A stretch of DNA of 61,901 bases, the filler included, from Chiloscyllium plagiosum (taxonomy: Eukaryota): NCBI RefSeq assembly GCF_004010195.1. It is 3 parts of one record of this genome, joined end to end, with 100 filler letters (N's around TTAATTAATTAA, not from the genome) between each part and the next. Parts side by side here need not be neighbours in the genome. Positions count along the whole stretch, not along the records: positions 27,275 to 49,477 come from NC_057713.1; positions 49,578 to 61,901 come from NC_057713.1; 1 more part is not named here. One strand, given 5' to 3'. Of this stretch, positions 39,801 to 51,489 are shown piece after piece. Positions within the stretch are counted from its first letter, which is position 1. Each line of letters starts with the position of its first letter. The notes beneath the pieces are model-generated. The model did not search any database. It saw only the letters and a list, made by a program, of their open reading frames with translations, and was not told the origin of the DNA. The translations under genes and the position numbers were made by a program.

Positions 39801-41149
39801 TTACACGTAGTCCATGCAGCCAGAGTGAACCATTACATTGCCCCCTTGCTTTCTTTGCAGTTTTAATTCCCAAAACCAAAAACAATATGGCTAAGAATCA
39901 TTTACCCAGGATGCTCAATTTTCAAACCAGCACATGACAAAACGTCATCTGTCTCAAACTTTAACAGCTGCCCACACCACACATTCTTCTAGACCACTGA
40001 ATATTTCCAACATTCTCTCTTTCTAATATATGAAAGATTTCATTGTTAAAGTTCAGGGTTTTTTACATTACGCTCTACACAGTATTAAGAAAAATAGCAG
40101 ATGAGCCAATTATTTGAATATGGATAGTAAAGAAGGCAACATTACTACAAAACTCCAGGAGGCAAAACTGAATGAGAACATTCTGAATCAACAACTTACT
40201 CATCTTGTATTTTATTTTTTCATGGAAATCAGGTGTCGCTAGTATGGTCAGCATTTCTTGTTCATGCCTAAATGCCTTTGACTTGCAGGACCATTTCAGA
40301 GGGCAGTTGGGGTCTGCAAGCACAACTAGATTATAGCAGAAGAGGATGGCAGATTTCTTTCCCTAAGGGACAGTAGTGAACCGATAATCAATGTTATATT
40401 CATGGCACAGAATATTTATATTCCAGATTTACTAAATGAATTTAAATTCCATTAGTCAATGTGGAGGGACTGAACCCATGTCCTTATAGTATTAGCCTGG
40501 GCCTCTGGATTACCATTCGAATGGTACCATCACTATGTCATCATTTTCCCCTTTAATCTGGATGGTTAAATCAGAAGAAATGAAAACTGGGGTAATAAAG
40601 AAAGACAAAACTAAGTGCAATTTTAAAGCACTGCTGCACGTTTTTAAAATTCATTCATAGGATGAGGGCGTCACTGGCCATTTATTGCCCATCTCTATTT
40701 ATCCAGAGGGCAGTTATGAGTCAACCACATTGCTGTGGGTCTGGAGTCACACTAGGCCAGACCCCAGGTAAGGATGGCAGATTTCTTCCCTGAAGGATAT
40801 TAGTGAACCAGATGGGTTTTTCCAAAAATTGACAAGGGATTCACAGTTATCATTAGACTCTTATTTCCAGATTTTACTGAGTTCCAATTACACTATCTGC
40901 CATGGTGGGATTCGAACCTAGGTCCCCAGAACGTGACCTGGGTCTCTGGATTAACAGCCAAGCGATAATTCCACTAGGTCATTGCATCACCCGTGATTAA
41001 GGAAAAGTCATTTCCTCCTATTTACAGGAATACATATTGTTTCAATCCATATGGGAGAAACCATAAACCAAAATAACCAAATTTACTAATCACCTTAAAA
41101 TGAAGAAATCATAATGATTTTCCTTTTTGCAACATTATTTTAATGTTTC

Positions 41150-41342
41150 CACCAGGTGCTCCGGTTTCCTCCCACACTCCAAAGATGTGCAGGTCAGGTG
41201 ATTTGGCCATGCTAAATTACTCACTGTGTTAGGTGCATTAGTCAGAGGGAAATGGGTTTGGGTGGGTTACTCTTCAAAGGGTCAGTGTGGACTTGTTGGG
41301 CCAAAGGGTCTGTTTACACACTGTAGGGAATCTAATCTAATC
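41150..41342 (+). mobile_element. 5'-truncated HE1-type SINE
   Basis: V-core to the atctaatcta tail. Confidence 0.88.
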
Positions 41343-43109
41343 AACTGGAACCAATGTAAATTAACAATGTAAATCAACAGACAAATTATAGTTCAAAATA
41401 AAGAGGTTCATTCGCTTCAAACAGCTAATGTTTTATACATAATCTCAATGACCTAAATCACTCCCCATAGACATGTGGAAATACAAAGCCACATAGTTCC
41501 ACATTATGTTGTTCTTTATATGTACGATGGGTCAGGAGTCCAAATGCAACTTTCGTCCTAGAGTTTTACAAGTACAATTATCAACAGAAAACACAGATCT
41601 ACGAACCGTCTCCATAACGGTCATGAAGTTCCGATGGCGTAGATATCTAGAGTATCTTTTCAACTGACCAACCATTGAACATTCCAGTTCATAATTTTGC
41701 CACTTCTGGAAAAAAACACCCACTTCTCTCGCATCTCCAATTAGTTACAAAGCTTTCCAGGTAACAGACCTGTTTCGGCAGCTGGAGCATTGCCTTCTGT
41801 CTTCATCTGATCTCTTCTACATACAGATCTGTCTCTTTTTCCTTGCCAAAATACTGAGCAAACATCTTTACGGGTTTCTCTTTTTGTTAGGAAAACTTTA
41901 AAGACTACTTTGACAGCAGGAAGGCATGGATTTGACAGCAAGGGATCTGACTGGGAGAACCTACAATGTAAGCTTTTAATCTAGCAGCTGTTCTTTCTCT
42001 GAGCTCTCTGTGGCTGCCAGACACACACACACACACAATAATTAAATCCCTCTCCCCCCCTAGTATTTTTAATCCACCTGTTCAGATGTGTTAATAATAA
42101 CTTAAATAACACTACCACTGCACCCACAACTCTCCCATTCTCTTTCTCCCATTTTCCACCCTCCCACCTCCATAATACACAGTAATTGACTCCTTCTCCC
42201 TCATACACAATGGGTGGGCAAAAGCACTATAATATTACAAAAAGATGTTATTTGCCACAAAACTTTGTCACAGTATTTAATTATATTATTTAGATCTTGC
42301 ACATTAAAAGGCCACAATTAAAGCCACAATTGCTTAGCTGAGTTTCCCCTGTGATTTACATCCCTCACATAAAAATTATACAATATTTTAATTTAATACC
42401 ATCCTCATTACTGCAACAAGATAATTTCATATATTAAATACATAAGAAAAAACAAACATTTCAAAATTTGGAAGACAGATGTACCACAAGTGTAAAACCC
42501 TTTGGGTTTTAGAATACAATTATTTAATGCTTAGAAGATCTGTATTTACCTATATGTTTGTTATCTATGTATTTGTTATGGGACAACACAGAAATTACTG
42601 TAACATTTTTTTAAATCCCAAAACTTGACAAGCTCTGATCAACCCAGAGGTCAATTTGTTTATTTTTTGCACCTTGTTTATTTTTTCACGAGAGGGTGAC
42701 ATTACTGCCAGCATCCCGTTCTAGTGATCCCTGGAATCCCACCCAATTTGCACGTTGTGTAGTATTTTGTGTATAAATGCAGAGTGTAGATTGGTGCAAG
42801 AAAAGGTCTTTCTTCCATCCTTAAACTCTTCACACAGAGAAATCATCTTCAGATGGTCACAAGCAAGTTATTTTGTGCTGTATGAGCATGTCGGTTCACT
42901 ATAATATGTGAAGGCTGTTCCTGTCAGCCTCTAAGTTTAAATTAACAGGATGCTTAGTCTGGCATGGCAAACAAAACCTTACTGCCTAACTAAAAGAATC
43001 TCTTGTAGTTAACAAGATATAATTTATTGCATATTAGCAACTAGTTACAGGTTACATTGATAAGGTGCATTGTTACAAAGATGTTGAGAAGGACCAGATG
43101 CTAGGTTAG

Positions 43110-43430
43110 AATCATTGAATCCCGACACTGAGGAAGCAGGCTATTCGGCTCGTCAAGTCCACACCGACACTCCAAACAGCATCCCATCCCACTACCCTGC
43201 AACCCTGCATTCCCCATGGCTAACCCACCTAGCCTGCACATCCCTGGACACTATGTGCAATTTAGCATAGCCAATCTATCTAACCTGCACATCTTTGAAC
43301 TGTGAGGGGAAACCAGAGCACCAGGGAAACCTACGCAGACACAGGGAGAATGTGCAGCAGGCTCCACACAGACAGTTTGCCTGAGGCTGGAATTGAACTG
43401 GGTCCCTGGCACTGTGAGCCACCGTGCTGC
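43110..43430 (-). mobile_element. HE1-type SINE
   Basis: Reverse-complement V-core cctgcacatctttg...cgcagacacagggagaatgtgca. Confidence 0.85.
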
Positions 43431-43759
43431 CTTCTGATTCCTTCAAAATCCTTTCCTGTTCTGCCCAATGTCTGTACCGACATCATGATTGGAGGTGGTG
43501 CTTATGACTGAAAGTATTATTCCTTTCAGTCCCACATACAGCATCTCCCCCAAGCTATATTTTAATATTTAATGTAATAGTAGACAATCATATGATAAAT
43601 ACCAGGGGCGGGGAGAGGAGTTAATTAATGGGGTCTGTGTGGTGACATAGTGGGCTCTTTCTGGCAGCCACAGAGTGTTTGAAGAGAAAGATTGTTCGAT
43701 TAACAGTTACATACAGGTTCACCCTGTCCATATAAAATTAAAGTTAACACTACTTTAAT

Positions 43760-43980
43760 TATCTGTGGAATTCACTCCACCAAAAAGTGCAGCGGATGCT
43801 GGGACGGTCAGTAATTTTAAGGAGGAGTTAGACAGATTTTTAATTGGTAGTGGGTTGAAGCGACATGGGGAGAAAGTAGGAAAATGAGGGTGAGGAGCAT
43901 ATCAGCCATGATTGAATGGCAGAGCAGACTCGATGAGCCAAATGGCCTAATTCTGCTCCTATATTTTATGAACTTACGAA
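43760..43980 (+). mobile_element. Short CR1 3' end
   Basis: ctgtggaattcactcc...aatggcctaattctgctcctatattttatg. Confidence 0.8.
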
Positions 43981-44134
43981 TTTCCTGCAACTCTGATTTT
44001 ATGAATTCAGGTGATCTGGAGCTTTGCCTATTCTCCTGGAATACATCCTCTTCTCTCTTGCAACACTAATACTTTTCCAGGTTGAAGGCTGTTGTCTTTC
44101 ATTCTCTTCTTGCCAGACTAGATTCGATTTTGTT

Positions 44135-44378
44135 TTAAGACCAGATTCCCTACAGTATGGAAACAGGCCTTTCGGCCCAACAAGTCCACACTGATCCTCC
44201 AAAGAGTAACCTACCCAGACCGATTCCCCTGCCCTGCATTTATCCCTGACTAATGCACCTAACGCTATGGGCAATTTAGGACAGCCAATTCACCTGACCT
44301 GCACATCTTTGGATTGTGGGAGGAAACCGGAGCACCCGGAGAAAACCCACGCAGACACAGGGAGAATGTGCAAACTCC
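44135..44378 (-). mobile_element. 5'-truncated HE1-type SINE
   Basis: Tail and V-core nearly identical to 31800-32010. Confidence 0.9.
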
Positions 44379-45149
44379 ATAGGTCTGCTTAAATGGAGGA
44401 TCTTTAATCTCCTGGATTTTCTTACTGCAGGACTTTTGTTCCCTGCTGAAACAGCAATTCCTCCCTTGCAGTATCTTGTATCATTGGACAATGGCTGGCC
44501 ATTCTCAGTGGTGACTTCCATGGAGTTGTGCACACAATATCATTGTTCTGTGTTGGCAGCTCTTTATTTTCAATATGCCTATAGATACACAAGGCAAAAG
44601 GGATGTATTCCAGGAGAATAGTGAAAGGTCCAGATCACCTGAATTTATAAAGTCAAAAACTTGCAGGAAATAGAGTACCTGCAGTGAGAAATTTAATTTT
44701 GTATGTTGTGATAAAAACTAGGTACATAAGAGGTTGCAGAGTAGTTTTTTTTCAAATTTAGAATCAGATTGGTAATCATCTTTGCCAGATATTTCCGAGT
44801 ACAGTGCTTGATAAAGACAAGTTAGAGAACACTTCTCTAACAGAAAACACTATAAAGCCTCTTTTACGACCCAGGACATCTCAAAATACATTAGATCCAA
44901 CTAATTAAATTGTGAAGAGTAGTCATTGTTGTAATGTTGGAAATTATAAATCTCATATTAGGTGTAAATTATTTCCAATTTAATTACAAAGGATTATGTT
45001 CAATTTTGAAAGTATGAAAATGTGCTACATGAGGATGTCTAAGTTGAGAAGACAATGGTTTCCCACTGAGTTGAGATATTCTGAGGTAAACTCTAAAGTT
45101 ATGATTTTCAATAAGGAAAACATTTAAATTTAAATAAAATACCACAGTG

Positions 45150-46100
45150 GTTTATTTATATAGTTCTTTTAGAACTTACAATGTAACAGCAATAGGTTCT
45201 AGTATCTTTTATGTAATTAAATACCCCAAGATGTTTCACAAGAATGTTATATAGCAAAATTGGAGTCAGATAAGGAAATATTCTGGCAGGTCACCAACAT
45301 TTGGTCAAGAGATAGATTTTAAGGAAAAAGAAAAGTAGGACGTGGTTAAAGAGACTGAATCCCAGACCTTAGAGCCTTGAAAACTAAAAACAGTTACTAA
45401 TGGAAGAGCAGCATCATCTGAGGATATTGAAGACACCAGAATTAGAAAAACACAGATATCTGTCTGGAGAAGAGTACAGGGACAGGGAAAGGTAACTCTG
45501 CAGTGGAATTTGAAAATGAGGATGAGCATTTTAAAATTGAGCCATTGCTTAAGCAAGGGCCAATGCAGCAAGTCCAGAGATGATGAGTGAAGGGGACACA
45601 GGCAGCACAGATTTGGATGATTTTAAGATTCCCATGGGTAGAATACAAGCGACCGGTACTGGAACTGACAAACACAGAGATACCAAAGGCATAAATAAGG
45701 ATTTCAGCAGTATGCACAGGTGAAAGAAGCTGCTCCTTTGATGGTGCAGATACATAGTTAGAAGCTCAGCCTGTGGGTCAACACTAATATTGCAAATATA
45801 CTGGTTCAACCGCAGACAGTTAATACAGAGGATGTCATTGGCGAAGGAATGGAGTTTGGCATGGATACCAGACAATGGCTTCAGTTTGTCAATGTTTAAT
45901 GGAGGACAGTTTTGTTCCTCTAACATCCGATAGTGGACAAGCAGTGTGATATTTTAGAGATAATTAAGGGATCAAAAGGAGTGGCGGTGAAGTAGAGCTA
46001 AGTGTCTCTAATGTGCATGTGAAAAGTGATATTGTTCAGATATTGCTGTGAAGGGACAGCACTTAATTAAGAAACAACATGTCAGCTGCAGGACACCAGA
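45150..46100 (-). mobile_element. Old L2 LINE 3' fragment
   Basis: Minus strand LHWPLLKQWLNFKMLILIFK (L2 C-terminal LHWLP..RI.FKIL motif) and a degenerate FH.YADDTQLY near 45990-46025. Confidence 0.65.
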
Positions 46101-46119
46101 TGGAATAATGCAGAAGTAG

Positions 46120-46795
46120 AGTCGTCGAGATATTCAGCACGGAAACAGACCTTCGGTCATATCGTCCATGTCGATCAGATGTCCGAAATTAATCTTGTCC
46201 TATTTGCCAGAACTTGGCCCATATACCTCCAAATCTTTCCTATTCATATATCCATCCAACGCCTTTTAAATGTTGTAAATGTATCAGTCTCCACCAATTC
46301 CCCTAGCAGGTCATTCCCTACATGCGCCACCCTCTGCATGAAAAGTTGCTGCTTAGTTTCCTTTTAAATCTTTCCCATCTCATCTTAAACCTATGCCCTC
46401 TAGTTTTGGACTCCTCCAACCCAGAGAAAAAGACCTTGGTTATTCACCCTCTCCATGCCCCTCATGATTTTATAAACGTCTAAGGTCACCCCTTAGCCTC
46501 CGAAGCTCCAGGGAAAACAGCCGCAGCCTATTCGGCCTTTCCCTATGGCTCAAACCCTCCAACTCTGGCAACATTCTTGTAAATATTTTTGCAACCTTTT
46601 CAAGTTTCACAACATCCTTCCTTTGGCAGGGAGACAAGAATTGAATGCAGTATTCCAAAAGTGGCCTAACCAACATCCTGTACAGCCGCAATATGACCTC
46701 CCAACTCCTATACTCAATGCACTGACCAAAGACAAGCATACCAAACGCCTTCTTCATGATACTATCTACCTGCAACTCCACTTTCAAGAAACTAT
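46120..46795 (-). mobile_element. CR1 LINE 3' fragment
   Basis: LYRMLVRPLLEYCIQF...LFSLELRRLRGDL (ORF 46470-46802). Confidence 0.92.
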
Positions 46796-47514
46796 GAAAC
46801 ATTCCAACATCACAAGCTGCAACATTTCCATTAAAAATTAGGTAGTTTGTACATCACAAGATGTTATTCAGATGTGGGCATAAGAAATCTTGTAAACTCC
46901 ATATATCCGTGTTCTTTTATTACTGGATCAAGATCTTGAAACTCACTACCAAGTAATTGCAGTATCACCACCGTAACACCTACAAGAGCTTCAAGAGCAG
47001 ATACAAAATCACCACCTCAGGGAAACTGGTGAATATAGTCAACAATAAATGTGACCTTGCCAGTGTTCCTAGAAATCACAAACAAGTATTAATTAAAAAG
47101 GGCCAATGATAGGAAACTTTAATGAAACAACGACAGAACATAACAGAGAAGATATTAACATTTCAGGATTTTAAGTTTGTCAGAACGGAACCAAGCTGAG
47201 TTGCAATGACTCTAAATAAACTGAGAGGAAATACTAGGGGGAAGCCAACAGGGATGGTCTGTGATAAAGGTAGAAGGCAGAAGTGATTAAAGGCCAAGGC
47301 AAAAAATGAGTTGGCAATTGGGCAAGTGAAGAATCAAGAGGTGGAAATTGGGGCAAAAGCAGGCCAATCATCTCAACTCCCAGCATATATCTGGAGATAT
47401 GAGGGGTTGGGCAGTCCCCATGTCATCTTCAGTAGTGCTCCTCCATCATAAGGTAGAAAGTTGGGATATTCGCAGTATTCAGTTCCTCAAAACCCCTTAG
47501 ATGGAGAAGCAGTC

Positions 47515-47700
47515 TGAAATAATTCCACAGCCACTCATTAGTTACATGTAAAGAATTGTTGACATTGATCCAGCTTTCAAAGCGACCAGGATGTATGACA
47601 CTCCTGTCTCATCTGTCAGCCAGGGCTCCCTGATTGGACCAGATTAACAGGGAACTCATTCTATGGGGTCCACTTGGCTGACCTCGCTCCAATCACAACA
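47515..47700 (-). mobile_element. Solo LTR related to the Gypsy LTRs at 13573 and 16929
   Basis: Minus strand TGTTGTGATTG...gttaatctggtccaatcagggagccctggctgacag...ATTTCA. CAGTC flanks both sides (47510-47514 and 47699-47703). Confidence 0.85.
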
Positions 47701-48299
47701 GTCCATGCTGAAAGACCTGGGTAACAGGCAGGCTTAGGGTGACAACTGGCATAAAGCATTCACACCTTCCCAGGCGATGACCATCTCCAAAAGGATTCCA
47801 CACATTCTCTTGATATTCACAGTCATTACCATCATCACGGGGGGGGGGGGGGGGGGTCAATATAACTTAAGATCAGTTCACATATACAACTTAATCAACA
47901 ATGTTATTCTCACAACGACAGCCTCCAGCTTTTAAATAGAAGACATTGAAATTCCATAGCAGGGGTTCAATTAAGTAGCAGAGAGCAATGAAAACCCAGA
48001 TTTCGCAAGAATATGACAACACAAACATAGCGCTTGAGGTTTGATTCCTCCTCTGACGACGCCCTATAACGTAAGACGGGTAATTCCTATCTCCGAGAAC
48101 AAATCATACATTAACACACACAAGTGAAAACTAGCCTAGAAGGAGCCACACCTCTTCGCCCTCGCACTGAAATTAGTTCTACCAGGATTCCCGAGAAAAC
48201 AGAACTTAAAGAAATAGCATGTCAAATGCACACATCCTCAGCATGTCTAGAGGATAATAAAGTTTTCATTACCACCGAAAGTTGCGCTCATCTCACACA

Positions 48300-48460
48300 G
48301 CAGCTCGCGCACTAACCCAACTCCAGCCGACACAAGGTTCGATCACACTGCGCATGCCTTGTGCCAGGCGGAGCTGCAGGAGACGTCATTGGTGTTGACA
48401 GTGTTACAGCACAGTAAGCGGGGCTGTGCAAGGGCGGCATTTAAACGGGGGCGTTCAAAC
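48300..48460 (-). promoter_or_regulatory. Candidate copine promoter and non-coding first exon
   Basis: Locally CpG-enriched, non-repeat DNA with an NRF1-like TGCGCATGC (48349-48357), a CRE-like AGACGTCA (48381-48388), CCAAT on the minus strand (48388-48392) and GC-box-like GGGCGG. A minus-strand donor TTGG|GTTAGT lies at 48317/48316. Confidence 0.6.
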
Positions 48461-49294
48461 CAGGGATTTCAGTCAGTTCACAGCCATAAAGAGATGTCAA
48501 AGTGTAGATCAGAGAGGTTTCATTAAAAATAAAAACAACATGCACAACATTACCCGTCTTACGTCTTAGGTTGCACAACAAATCACTCACAGACTAACAT
48601 ATCACAGCAGTCTAACTCTAAGTGGGCATTGACCAGAGGAGTAAAGTGTTTATTTTCCGCCACTGAACAAATGAGGGGTTCCTATACGTGAATGCATAAT
48701 TTAAATTAATTCAGTTAGTTCCGCAAACATTTGCCAGGTTTTTTTTCATGGCGATGAAGTCCCTTTTTGATCCGGGAAAACACGAACAAAAATGAAAAAG
48801 TCAGTGAACTGAGAAAATGAAAGCCCATTTTTGACATCACACAAAAAAGTTATGCTATTCTGGCTGCCTTTTGTACATTTCCTCAATTTTCTCTTTGAAA
48901 GATTCCAAAATCGATAATTGTTAAGATCATACTTGAATTAAGAATTCTTCGGCACGCTTTCATTCCTAACCTACGCCATTACAACATACTTCTAAACCAG
49001 AAAAGCAACGGTCAGTATTTATATTATAAAATGTCTGCCTCATTCATACCAAATTAAATCTCAGTCAACCAGCTACAAGGTTGCGGATCTGTACAGCTAA
49101 TATTATATGGTTAGACGTGCTGACAGACTGGCCTCTTTCCCGTATATAATGAAGTAAAAACGTCATTGAATTGCACGACCTGTGAAGCAACATTGGAAGT
49201 AGGTTGGACAAAAAAAAAGTCACGAAAATTACAAAAATGTTACAACACTGTTCAGCCTATCATTTCTGCGCCGGCTATCTGACCAAGCATTGAG

Positions 49295-49477
49295 GGGTAA
49301 AAACAATGACTGCAGATGCTGAAAACCAGAGTCTAGATTAGAGTGATGCTGGAAAAGCATAGCAGTTCAGGCAGCATCAGAGGAGCAGGAAAATCGACGT
49401 TTCGGGCAAAAGCCCTTCATCAGGAACACAGGCAGAGCGCCTGAAGGGTGGAGAGATAAATGAGAGGAAGGTGGGGG
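49295..49477 (-). mobile_element. 3' end of a further Penelope-type family carrying a hammerhead, cut by the gap
   Basis: Minus strand ...gaaacgtcgattttcctgctcctctgatgctgcctgaactgctatgcttttccagc. Confidence 0.7.
49394..49425 (-). ncRNA. Compact minimal hammerhead ribozyme motif (GUC site)
   Basis: UC-CUGAUGA-A-GGGC/UUUU/GCCC-GAAA-CG-UC-GA. Confidence 0.72.
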
Positions 49478-49577
49478 NNNNNNNNNNNNNNNNNNNNNNN
49501 NNNNNNNNNNNNNNNNNNNNNTTAATTAATTAANNNNNNNNNNNNNNNNNNNNNNNNNNNNNNNNNNNNNNNNNNNN
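49478..49577. other. Assembly gap: N44-TTAATTAATTAA-N44
   Basis: Same artificial spacer as 27175-27274. Confidence 0.97.
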
Positions 49578-51130
49578 GGGCAATCTACATACTGCGTTAG
49601 AAAAGCTTCCTGGACACACTGCACAAACACCGCCCCATCCAATCTACTTTATCTAAAGAGCTTCCAATCAATATTTGGGAAGTTGAAATCGCCCATGGCT
49701 ACTACCCTGTGGCTTCTGCACCTTTCCAAAATCTGTTCCCAATCTGTTTCTCCACATCTCTGCTGCTATTGGGGGGCCTATAGTAAACACCCAACAAGGT
49801 GACTGCACCTTTCCTATTTCTGACTTCAGCCCATACTACCTCTAAAGGCAGATCCCCCTCGAACTGCCTTTCTGCAGCTGTTACACCATTTCTAATTAGC
49901 AACGCCACCCCCCACTCCTTTTTTAACCACCCTCCCTAATCTTCCTGAAACATCTGTAACCAGGAACCTTAGCCAACGCCACCCCCCCTCCTTTTTTAAC
50001 CACCCTCCCTAATCTTCCTGAAACATCTGTAACCAGGAACCTCCAACAACCATTCCTGGTTGTCTCTGACTATTTCACATATTCCAGCCGTAATTAATAG
50101 TGCCACCCCTCTAATTTACCTCGTTTCCTATTATACTGGAATGTCATATACCCTTCAATATTGAAGATGAAACTCTTGTCATCTTGCAGCCATATCTTCC
50201 TAGATGCTCTCAGCTCATATTTACATATCTCAGTGTGCACTATCACTTTGGTTACATTTTTCATGAATGCAACATGCATTCAGATTCAGATTCAGAGCTT
50301 TTAGTTTTATCTTTTTGTTATTAATTTAATATCTAGTCTTGATTGTTGGTGTATTCTAAGGATTTCTATCTCTGCTCTTGAAATTCTCACTTCCCATATA
50401 ACTAGTCTCTCTTACATTGTTCCTACTCTTTAGTATGCCGCATTTTCTATATTTAATCCTGATATTTAGTTTAAACCCCTCTCCACTTCTGGTTTGTAAG
50501 TATACTGAGATCCAGTACAGTTCAGTCATGGACTGCCTCAGTGGTATGGTCCTCACTTACCCCAGAATTGGTAGCAGTGTCCCCCCCACTAGCACCTACC
50601 TCTCCCATACCAGCCATTCATTTCTAATTTTATGTACCTGCTGCCAATTTTCATCTGGTTTAGGTCATAATCCAAAGATTACAATCTTAGAAGTCCTGCC
50701 TTTTAATTTAGTGAATAGCATTTCATACTCACCATGTAGAAATATTTTCCTTCTGCTAGCTATGTCATTGTAATCTATGTGGACCCAGGCCACCGAATCA
50801 TCCCCTTCCCACTGCAAGTTCCTGTCTAGCCCTGAGCAGGTAACCTAAACCCTAGCACTTCGCAGGCATCACTAACATCTTGACTCTTGCTCTTTGTGGT
50901 GTCAACTCCCTCACAATAAAATCCGCCGGTACTACTATCCTTTATTGTTGCTCCCACAAGTTGAATGGCTTCCTGTACTATGGTCAGTTTGCTCAACAAC
51001 CCTACAACCCTCTGTCTTAATCATACAAGCTGAAAGAACCTCAAGCTTATTGGACAATACTGACACTGCTGGCCTGGGACGCCCTCACCTGTCTCATTTA
51101 TGGCCACACCGTTCTATCACTGATCAAATC
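49578..51130 (-). mobile_element. CR1 5' portions (endonuclease and ORF1 remnants; young and old copies joined near 50060)
   Basis: VVWAEVRNRKGAVTLLGVYYRPPNSS and MGDFNFPNIDW; older ORF1-like sequence at 50500-50880. Confidence 0.8.
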
Positions 51131-51489
51131 AAAATTACTTATTCTACGTCATAGAGAATCATGGATTCATACAGACCCTTTGATCCAACTCATCCATGCC
51201 GACCAGGTTTCCCAAGCTAAAATAGTCTCACTTGCCTGCATTTTCCAATCAGCTCCAATGAAACTAAAAGCTAACAAGAGAGTGCTGGCAAATGGAATTA
51301 GATTAAATTAGGATATCTAGTCGGCGTGGACAAGTTGGACTGAAGGGTCTGTTTCCATGCTGTACATCTCTATGGCTCTATGACTCTAAATAGCCGGGGA
51401 ATGCTGCCCCTTTCTACCTACCACAGGAGTTTTCTGCTGCTGTACTAACTGCTGTGTACATACTGCCACAAGCTTCCTCAACCTCTGGA

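Noticed and set aside
41532..41941. ORFs in the copine 5' intron as an RBM12-like nested gene
   Set aside because: Only 63-66 aa, with no RNP1/RNP2 motifs; RBM12 is a long single-exon ORF.
47839..47856. G18 homopolymer as a G-quadruplex element
   Set aside because: Expanded G run inside a LINE fragment; length is unreliable and there is no functional support.
51150..51388. Hairpin-forming inverted pair
   Set aside because: Two short, oppositely oriented CR1/HE1 3' tails; expected at this repeat density.
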